A DNA stretch of 24,000 nucleotides from positions 28,933-52,932 of the forward strand of contig CAWGGS010000030.1 in NCBI GenBank assembly GCA_963822095.1, in the 5' to 3' direction. Made by a program: the position numbers and the translations under genes. Source of the stretch: an uncultured delta proteobacterium. GTDB lineage: Bacteria > Desulfobacterota > Desulfobulbia > Desulfobulbales > Desulfocapsaceae. The notes beneath the pieces are model-generated. The model made no database searches, was not told the origin of the DNA, and was given only the letters and a program-made list of their open reading frames with translations. Positions 17,479 through 24,000 of the stretch are shown here, in pieces. Every line of letters starts with the position of its first letter. The first letter of the stretch is position 1.

Positions 17479-19647
17479 TTAGCAAACCGACCGTAGTCTC
17501 TCCTTCAAGTGGGTAAAGCGTTTTTGCGGTTTGTTGTTTTTTACGGCAATGGCCAAGGCTCGTCTGGTGCCGACCAGAACCACTAATCTTTTTCCTCTGG
17601 TTATAGCTGTATAAATCAGGTTTCTCTGTAACAAAACATAATGCTGGGTCAAAATCGGTATAATAACCGCAGGATATTCCGACCCCTGAGATTTGTGTAT
17701 GGAGACGGCATACGCAGGTACAACCTCATCCAGATCGGAAAATTCATAGCTGACTTTTCTGCCGTCGAATACGATAACCACCTCCTGAACCTCAGTGTCA
17801 ATCTTAACAATTTTACCGATATCTCCGTTGAATACCTCTTTGTCATAATTGTTCTTTATCTGCATGACCTTGTCATGGACCCTATAATTTCTACCACCGC
17901 GCATCATCCCGCCTGCGGACGAATTAAGCGCCTTCTGTAACTCAAGGTTGAGATTCCCGGCACCGACCAATCCTTTATGCATCGGAGTAAGGACCTGGAT
18001 ATCATCCACCGGGTCGAGCCCGAACCGTTTCGGCACTCTATTCTTCACCAGGTCTACAATGAGCCGTACGACATCGGCTGGTTCTTCCCTCTCGATAAAA
18101 TAAAAATCTTCCAGCTTCTCCGAGCTGGGTCTGGAAACCGGAATCCTTCCGGCATTTATCTTATGGGCGTTGACGATGATCAGGCTCTTTCCCGCCTGCC
18201 GAAAGATCTCATTGAGCTCGACCACGGGAACAAGCCCCGAAGCGATAATGTCTCCCAGGACATTGCCGGCCCCGACAGAAGGCAACTGGTTAATGTCCCC
18301 GACAAGGATGAGCGTGGCTGAAAGCGGTACTGCTTTTAAAAGGTGATGCATCAAGATGGTATCTATCATCGACACCTCATCAACGATCAGGAGATCACAC
18401 CTAAGAGGTGTGGCGGAATTTTTCTGAAACGCTCCATTTTGAGGACTGAACTCGAGCAGCCTGTGGATGGTCTTGGCTTCGTGCCCGGTGGTCTCACTCA
18501 TCCTTTTGGCTGCTCGTCCTGTTGGTGCCGCCAAAAGGATCCTGACTCCGGATTCCTGAAAGATATTTAGTATGGAATTGATAATCGTGGTTTTTCCGGT
18601 TCCCGGACCTCCGGTTATGACCATCACCTTATTACGTACCGATTGTTCTATTGCTTCAATCTGTTGTTTGGCCAATGTAATCGAAAGCTTTTTCTGAACA
18701 CGCTCAATCGCATTTCGGTTAATCGGCCGGACGATCTTCAAAGCCTTGACCAGGGACAGCAAGGCAGCGGCGACACCTGTTTCCGAGACGTAATACTTTG
18801 CCAGGTATACGGCTCTGCTACCACCCTCTTGCCCAATGGCATCTTCTACTATGATACGCCTGGTTTGAACAACATTGTCCAGGGCACGCGCCACAACATC
18901 TTGTTTAACTTCCAGGATTTCCAGGCATTTTATTACAAGCGGCTCAAGCGGATAATAGACATTCCCTTCATCGGCCAGTTGATGCAGGACATGGAGGATT
19001 CCTGCCTCTACCCTCTGCGGTGAATCCTTCTCAAATCCAAGCTTATCGGCAATCCGGTCAGCGGATATAAAGCCGATTCCAAAAATATCGGCGGCCAATC
19101 GGTAAGGATTGGCCTTGACAACCTCGATGGACTCCCTGCCGTATTGTTTAAAGATCTTCGCCGCATATCCCGCTCCGACCCCATGTGTCTGCAAAAAGAT
19201 CATGACCGCACGAATCTCCTTTTGTTCGGCCCAACTCTTACTGATCATGGAGATCCTTTTTTTCCCGATACCATCCACCTGGGATAATTTATCGACCTCA
19301 AATTCAATCACGTCAAGGGTTGCAGTCCCGAATCTCTTGACGATCCGTTTCGCCATAACAGGCCCGATGCCTTTTATCAGACCTGACCCGAGATATTTTT
19401 CAATCCCCATCACATCGGCGGGAACTACTGATCGATAGGAGAGTACTTTGAACTGCTCCCCATGTCTTGGATGATTGGTCCACTCCCCCAGCAACCGGAC
19501 GACTTCGCCGACCACGGGAGAAATCATGGTGCCGATGGCCGTTACCAGGTCACGTCGACCCGACACTTTGAGCCGGGCAACCGTATAGCCGTTATCCTCG
19601 TTGTGGTAGGTAAGTCGCTCAATCCGACCTTGAAGCTCGCTTGGCAT
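17479..19647 (-). CDS. recD2: ATP-dependent RecD2-like SF1B DNA helicase
   Basis: 722 aa. N-terminal IERLTYHNEDNGYTVARLKV, HhH region, Walker A ITGGPGTGKTT, LLIVDEVSMID, LILVGDINQLPSVGAGNVL, and C-terminal AYAVSIHKSQGSEYPAVII...LIYTAITRGKRLVVLVG. Confidence 0.92.
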   Translation of the reverse strand: MPSELQGRIERLTYHNEDNGYTVARLKVSGRRDLVTAIGTMISPVVGEVVRLLGEWTNHPRHGEQFKVLSYRSVVPADVMGIEKYLGSGLIKGIGPVMAKRIVKRFGTATLDVIEFEVDKLSQVDGIGKKRISMISKSWAEQKEIRAVMIFLQTHGVGAGYAAKIFKQYGRESIEVVKANPYRLAADIFGIGFISADRIADKLGFEKDSPQRVEAGILHVLHQLADEGNVYYPLEPLVIKCLEILEVKQDVVARALDNVVQTRRIIVEDAIGQEGGSRAVYLAKYYVSETGVAAALLSLVKALKIVRPINRNAIERVQKKLSITLAKQQIEAIEQSVRNKVMVITGGPGTGKTTIINSILNIFQESGVRILLAAPTGRAAKRMSETTGHEAKTIHRLLEFSPQNGAFQKNSATPLRCDLLIVDEVSMIDTILMHHLLKAVPLSATLILVGDINQLPSVGAGNVLGDIIASGLVPVVELNEIFRQAGKSLIIVNAHKINAGRIPVSRPSSEKLEDFYFIEREEPADVVRLIVDLVKNRVPKRFGLDPVDDIQVLTPMHKGLVGAGNLNLELQKALNSSAGGMMRGGRNYRVHDKVMQIKNNYDKEVFNGDIGKIVKIDTEVQEVVIVFDGRKVSYEFSDLDEVVPAYAVSIHKSQGSEYPAVIIPILTQHYVLLQRNLIYTAITRGKRLVVLVGTRRALAIAVKNNKPQKRFTHLKERLRSVC

Positions 19648-20016
19648 CCTCTCTCCATATCAGTTTTTCCCACTACTCACTCTACCATAAAGCAGCATTC
19701 TTTTCTGAAAAAGAAAAAGCGTACGACATCATTGTTTATTGACAAACTTCGCGGGTTTACGAGAATAGGTTATATCGTAAAAGGTATTCAGGATAAGACG
19801 AATGATCGTGTTTCATATTTCATCATTCGTGATGGTTTCCGGTTCTGAACTTGCGGTTAAACACATTCCGGAGAAAAGCTCCCAGGCATTCGTAAAGCTG
19901 AAAGTAAGAATCCGCCACAGGATATCGTTTCCGGCAGCTGCTCTGCGGCTTCATCGCCGGTACACCCACGGCTGACAGACCTCTTTTCTACCAAAAATAT
20001 CCTGGAAAACAGAGCC

Positions 20017-20409
20017 TTATTTTTCCGTTTGGCTTTCAATAGGTGTTGGCTTTATATTTTCTGCTCCGAGGTACGGATTATTCGATACATCTTCCCCGGA
20101 GTCAGACTCCAAACCCGTCACAAATTCGGACCACCCCATAGGCCTGACGGTTATTTCAACACCCAGCGTTTTTCTTTCTCCTCCATGGGTATACCATCTC
20201 GGCCTTACATTCATTTTGAAATCGACTCCCTTGCCGGATACCATGATGGTCATTTGCTCTGTATCACCATTTGTATATTTGGACGCGTCGGTAACACATA
20301 TGCCGGTTTGGGAAATATCGGACACCTGCCCCTGAAAAAATCCCGTTCCATCGGCAATGTCTACGAGCAGGTCTTCCACCTGAACACGTTGATGTTTTCT
20401 CTTTTCCAT
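20017..20409 (-). CDS. PilZ domain protein (putative c-di-GMP receptor)
   Basis: RKHQR (RxxxR) and DISQTG (DxSxxG) occur at PilZ-typical spacing. ATG 20409 follows a G-rich SD. The ORF-track TTG 20466 is an alternative start. Confidence 0.8.
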   Translation of the reverse strand: MEKRKHQRVQVEDLLVDIADGTGFFQGQVSDISQTGICVTDASKYTNGDTEQMTIMVSGKGVDFKMNVRPRWYTHGGERKTLGVEITVRPMGWSEFVTGLESDSGEDVSNNPYLGAENIKPTPIESQTEK

Positions 20410-20675
20410 ATGCCCCCCCCAAATTGAATTTTCGCCTGTCACAGAAAAAATCCGCCCGTTTGGCAACCGGGTTGTATAACCGAAGGTTATCTCCCCCCGT
20501 ATATGAAGTATAATTCAATCTCCGTGAAGCTCAAGGAATCTCTCATATCAACAAGGCAAATAGAGAGGCTTTCTTCTCTCCAGAAATAAAGTTTAATTGG
20601 AATGCCAGGTGGATAACCGTCCGTCAGAAAGAGCAACCGAATCTGCGAACAACCACGGACTGTTCCAGGCGCCCG

Positions 20676-21017
20676 TCACTTCTTTTCTTGTTCTTCTTTA
20701 ATGACTATCAACTGCTGATCACCAATAGAAAAGGCTTCTTCAACGCGACCTGTCACCTTAATCTGTTCACCTTTTCTGGGTAAGGATCGCTCCGTAACAA
20801 CAGTGATTTCTCCGGTGTCGTCCTTGACCACAAAGTAACGAACCACAACCAGACCGAAACTCTCGACGACTCTGCCTGAAACCGTCACCTGCTTTCCTTC
20901 ATACTTCCGAGGATTTTGCAGTATTTTGGCAATGGGAGTGGGAAAGAGCGAATCACATCCCGAAAGGAATATAATCAGCCAGAATACAATAAAGTACGTT
21001 TTTAGATGCTTATGCAT
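20676..21017 (-). CDS. Lipoprotein with probable OB-fold (BOF/YgiW-like)
   Basis: Signal peptide with lipobox FLSGC (MHKHLKTYFIVFWLIIFLSGCDS). The mature part GKQVTVSGRVVESF...VVKDDTGEITVV...GEQIKVTGRVEE looks like a small OB-fold. Confidence 0.65.
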   Translation of the reverse strand: MHKHLKTYFIVFWLIIFLSGCDSLFPTPIAKILQNPRKYEGKQVTVSGRVVESFGLVVVRYFVVKDDTGEITVVTERSLPRKGEQIKVTGRVEEAFSIGDQQLIVIKEEQEKK

Positions 21018-21168
21018 TTTCTTCTCTCGTGTGTTGAAGGTGTAGGTTGATCGGTATTCGAAAAGTATAATGAACTATAAAAGAAATTATAAAAAAATAT
21101 ACCAATGAGCGTTTGAGCTTTGTGTCTCTGGTCCAAAAATTGTCTTCCAGATCTAAGATTCCGAATGC

Positions 21169-21570
21169 TCAGTCATACTTTATGTATTCGAACCGTGGAT
21201 CGTCAGGGGTTCCCTCCAACGGTGAACCGTCGATGAGTTTAGGGTGCCACATCACCACCTCCTCGATCTTTTTAGCAAGCGCAAAATCCTTTTCCGTGAT
21301 CCCTTTGGCAGAGTGGTTCGTCAGTTTCACGATTACGAAGGCGTACGAAACTGTCAGATCAGGATGATGCCACGCGGCTTCGGCAAGGTGTCCGACCGTG
21401 TTTACCACCATCAATGTACCTTTCCAGCCGGAAGTCTTATACTTTCGGCAAATCCATCCATCTTCGAAATACCATTTCGGCAATTCTTCGGTAAGACGTG
21501 CAGTAATCTCATCGACCGGGTACACCTCGTCTGCGGTCCTCTTGTTCCAACCAGTCATGATTTTGTCCAT
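21169..21570 (-). CDS. Pterin-4-alpha-carbinolamine dehydratase (PCD/DCoH)-like protein
   Basis: 133 aa. VGHLAEAAWHHPDLTVSYAFVIVKLTNHSAKGITEKDFALAKKIEE matches the PCD core (AE...HHPD...V.L.TH...G.T..D...A..I). Confidence 0.78.
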   Translation of the reverse strand: MDKIMTGWNKRTADEVYPVDEITARLTEELPKWYFEDGWICRKYKTSGWKGTLMVVNTVGHLAEAAWHHPDLTVSYAFVIVKLTNHSAKGITEKDFALAKKIEEVVMWHPKLIDGSPLEGTPDDPRFEYIKYD

Positions 21571-21638
21571 TAGCTTTGAAAATTGATTCCGCCGAAACTG
21601 TTTGGCTCCGGAAGTCGAGGGGAGATATCAGCCGCGGT

Positions 21639-21968
21639 TTAGAAATCGAGTTGTTCGGCAGTTACCCCCATGGCCTTGGCTATTTTTTTAAGGCTGGCAC
21701 GGCGCGGTCTGGTGCTGTTTTCCATCTGGGCGTAGGCTCCCTGGGTCATGTTTGCCCTTGCTGCAACCTCGGCCTGGGTGAACCCGAGGTGCTCACGCCA
21801 GGCGCGCATCGGCGACCAATCGTGATCGAAGGTAAGATTGACAATTTCGTTGGGGACAAGATTTTCCTGACGGTCACGACTAGCCAGCCAGTCGGCATAA
21901 GGTAGCACCACAAAGGCGGGGTTACCGTTGCGGTCGTGGATAATCTGGATATCAGAATGAACGTTCAC
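21639..21968 (-). CDS. Type II antitoxin, XRE-type helix-turn-helix (HigA-like gene order, toxin upstream)
   Basis: 109 aa with a GTG start. The C-terminal HTH is MRAWREHLGFTQAEVAARANMTQGAYAQMENSTRPRRASLKKIAKAMGVTAEQL. Its start overlaps the 3' end of the upstream RelE/ParE-like remnant. Confidence 0.8.
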   Translation of the reverse strand: MNVHSDIQIIHDRNGNPAFVVLPYADWLASRDRQENLVPNEIVNLTFDHDWSPMRAWREHLGFTQAEVAARANMTQGAYAQMENSTRPRRASLKKIAKAMGVTAEQLDF

Positions 21969-22205
21969 CGCGTTTCCTTACCTCCTGGATTTCGACGATG
22001 CACACCTCGCCGTCATAGTCGAACAGCCCCCCTAACGACTGCCCCGTAACCGATAGCAGTACCGTTGATCGGTCAGGGCCTTCACTCCCCGGCAACCGGG
22101 CATGCCAGACAAAGCATCGGCGGCGAAACGGATCGTGGTGGTGTCCTAACGGTCGATCTTGCGCAGTTGCTTCAAAGCTTTGGTATACCTTTTAATAGCA
22201 TTCAT
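21952..22205 (-). pseudogene. RelE/ParE-family toxin pseudogene (amber stop at codon 20 plus a frameshift)
   Basis: Minus-strand ATG at 22205 gives MNAIKRYTKALKQLRKIDR-TAG(22148..22146)-DTTTIRFAADALSGMPGCRGVKALTDQRYCYRLRGSR-TAG(22034..22032). The family-like C-terminus LFDYDGEVCIVEIQEVRKRGERSF-TGA(21954..21952) is only readable in a shifted frame. Confidence 0.7.
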
Positions 22206-22458
22206 ACGTTAACAATATACGTTTTTATAAGAATAAATCAAGTGGCTATTGGAGACAGCCCGTTACCAAATATCATATCAATATCGTTCAACTACCATTT
22301 AAGATTTGCTCTGGCAGTACTATGCGACTACCATCCCTAATCATAGAAGATTATTCCTGAGTGCGCCTCATCGCCAGTGATGACCAATCCTGCATTTTTT
22401 ATGGTATCATAACCTGTAGGCAATTCCGGCTATTTCTCAATTCTACAGGAGGTGTATT

Positions 22459-22880
22459 ATGAAAGTTTCGCAGGCAGTCGATTTCCATCTGCAGTATCAC
22501 CGGGCCAATTCCCAAAAAAGATACTGCCAAAACCTGTGAGTTCGTCTTTTTCCGTTTCATTGTTCGATTTGGCGATCGGGATTTAGCCAGTATACCACAG
22601 GAACAGGTTTATGCTGGAACTCATGGCCCGGGGAGGAATGAGTGAGTTCGTGAAGGCCTATGAAATCGGCAACAATGACCGGATTTTTCCCATTTCTTAT
22701 GTCGCCGCATGGTCTATGGTCAAGAAATCCGGAATTCTGGTCAATATTGAGTTGCGTCCACATGATCTCGGCGCCATGCAGCAACATATGCATCGAGGTC
22801 CGAAACCCCGATTGAAATTGTCAGCAAGGTCCTTTTGCGGCATGCTGACAATAGCTGTCTGTCTCAGAGCACTGCGATAA
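22459..22880 (+). pseudogene. Tyrosine recombinase/phage-type integrase remnant (frameshifts plus a large internal deletion)
   Basis: AGGAGG (22447-22452) then ATG 22459 gives MKVSQAVDFHLQYHRANSQK, after which the frame is lost in an A6 run. The next frame reads KKDTAKTCEFVFFRFIVRFGDRDLASIPQEQV. Later fragments read NDRIFPISYVAAWSMVKKSGILVNIELRPHDLG and RHAATYASRSETPIEIVSKVLLRHAD. Total length is ~0.45 kb against the ~1.1 kb expected. Confidence 0.7.
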
Positions 22881-23049
22881 GATCGGAATTTGACTTACCT
22901 GTGAAAAAGATGGATACTCAAAGAGTATCAGAACATGAAAAGTTTGTACTTCAAATACAAACACAACACATCGAATACAAAAGTGAGACTTTCATCATCG
23001 TCTTCATATCTGTGGAATATCCTTACCTATCAATGAAAAGGTTGAAAAT

Positions 23050-24000
23050 ATGACTCCCCCGAAAGTAGTTTCTATTGACGATAATCCCGATAGTATGGCC
23101 CAGCCCAATAAACGCGTCAATGCTGAGCCGCGTTTGAAAGTCCGTCAAGGTAAATCCACGAACATCGATCCCCAGGAGGCAGTCCGAGAACTGGCAGCCC
23201 AAATTGAACAGCCGAACACCCGGGTATGCCTGGTGTTCTTCTCCGATGAATACGATCCTCAACAACTTGGACTGGCATTGAAGGAATATCTTCCCGGCCC
23301 CGTTATCGGCTGTTCGACAGCCGGGCAACTCTCTGAGACGGGCTTCCAGCGTGGTGGTATTTCAGGCGCCTCACTGGCTGGTGACGAGCTTTCAGCTGTT
23401 CCCTATCTGATCCACCCCCTTTCCACACAGGCTGACCAGATTGCCGAAATAGCAAGAGATATCCAGGAACGACTTTCTCATACCCCATTACCAGCGTTTG
23501 GTTTTTTGCTGGTAGATGGACTATCGATGAAAGAAGAGCCCCTGATTTCAGCTCTGTATATGGCACTTGGCAATGTCCCTATTTTCGGCGGTTCAGCCGG
23601 CGATAGTCTGAAATTCAAAGAAACTTTCGTGTATTTCGATGGTGAGTTGTTGCAGGATGCGGCAGTCTTCACCCTGTTTTCAACCTCCTTGCCATTTCAT
23701 ATTTTCAAACACCAGCATTTCCTGCCCACCTCCATCAGGCTTGTAGTCACAGCCGCAGACCCCGATAAACGTCTGGTCAAAGAGATCAACGGGGAACCGG
23801 CTGCAGAGGCCTACGCTCAATTGATTGGGACAACCATCGATCAACTCGATTCCGCCGTATTCTCCCGGAACCCTCTGATGCTTCGCATCGGCAACGATTA
23901 CTATGTTCGGTCAATCTCCAATGTCGAATCGGGTGGAGGTCTGAAATTTCTCTGTGCCATCGATGCCGGGCTTGTACTCACCATTGGACGGGGAGATTCT
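23050..24000 (+). CDS. FIST-domain sensory protein (FIST_N/FIST_C; NosP-like), 3' end outside the window
   Basis: The frame is open for 317 codons from ATG 23050 to the window end. It is absent from the ORF track because no stop is reached. VCLVFFSDEYDPQQL...GPVIGCSTAGQLSE, FGFLLVDGLSMKEEPLISALYMALGNVPIFGGSAGDSLKFKETFVY and INGEPAAEAY are typical FIST features. Confidence 0.8.
   Translation, partial: MTPPKVVSIDDNPDSMAQPNKRVNAEPRLKVRQGKSTNIDPQEAVRELAAQIEQPNTRVCLVFFSDEYDPQQLGLALKEYLPGPVIGCSTAGQLSETGFQRGGISGASLAGDELSAVPYLIHPLSTQADQIAEIARDIQERLSHTPLPAFGFLLVDGLSMKEEPLISALYMALGNVPIFGGSAGDSLKFKETFVYFDGELLQDAAVFTLFSTSLPFHIFKHQHFLPTSIRLVVTAADPDKRLVKEINGEPAAEAYAQLIGTTIDQLDSAVFSRNPLMLRIGNDYYVRSISNVESGGGLKFLCAIDAGLVLTIGRGDS

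Noticed and set aside
19739-19767. Sigma70 promoter call at TTGACA 19739
   Set aside because: The -35 is perfect, but the hexamer at 17-nt spacing (AGAATA) is a poor -10. It is therefore mentioned only as context in a finding, not annotated as a feature.
22032-22148. The two in-frame TAG codons of the toxin remnant as programmed amber read-through or pyrrolysine
   Set aside because: After the second TAG the original frame gives non-family sequence, whereas the conserved RelE/ParE C-terminus appears only in a shifted frame. A frameshift is therefore also required, and ordinary pseudogenisation is the simpler explanation.
22065-22340. 91-aa + strand ORF
   Set aside because: It lies antisense to the RelE/ParE remnant and runs into the AT-rich spacer, with no motifs. 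It is most likely spurious.
1-24000. CRISPR arrays, rRNA/tRNA genes, IS elements with terminal inverted repeats
   Set aside because: Scanning by eye found no regularly spaced direct repeats, no T-loop/acceptor-type tRNA signatures, no rRNA-like blocks and no transposase ORFs.

Overview
This 24-kb window is chromosomal DNA of mid GC content. Gene content (fdhD, a Sec-containing selD, RecD2, PilZ, FIST) suggests an anaerobic, selenium-using Desulfobacterota-like bacterium, but that is inference only. No rRNA, tRNA or CRISPR array was seen. Left to right the window contains: an fdhD 3' fragment, ddl (-), rpsU, a XerD-like recombinase, an 889-aa DHH/DHHA1-CBS-CCA nucleotidyltransferase fusion, an M50 protease, a hypothetical protein, a DxD glycosyltransferase-like protein, selD, a translationally coupled fructokinase / sucrose-phosphate synthase / sucrose synthase operon, a cytidylate-kinase-like protein (-), a monothiol thioredoxin-like protein (-), RecD2 (-), a PilZ protein (-), an OB-fold lipoprotein (-), a pterin carbinolamine dehydratase-like protein (-), a decayed mobile-element remnant, and a 3'-truncated FIST sensor gene. 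The remnant holds an intact HTH antitoxin, a RelE/ParE toxin pseudogene and a tyrosine integrase pseudogene. Four observations merit follow-up. (1) selD has an in-frame UGA (Sec) at the catalytic Cys17-equivalent position, so the supplied ORF is 5'-truncated. (2) An unexplained GC-rich, hairpin-dense ~255-nt element lies upstream of selD. (3) The window holds a complete sucrose synthesis and cleavage operon whose SPS carries an apparently catalytically intact SPP domain. (4) The toxin of the TA pair is dead while its antitoxin is intact. I found no clearly novel multi-gene system. All family assignments come from motif recognition by eye, not database searches.
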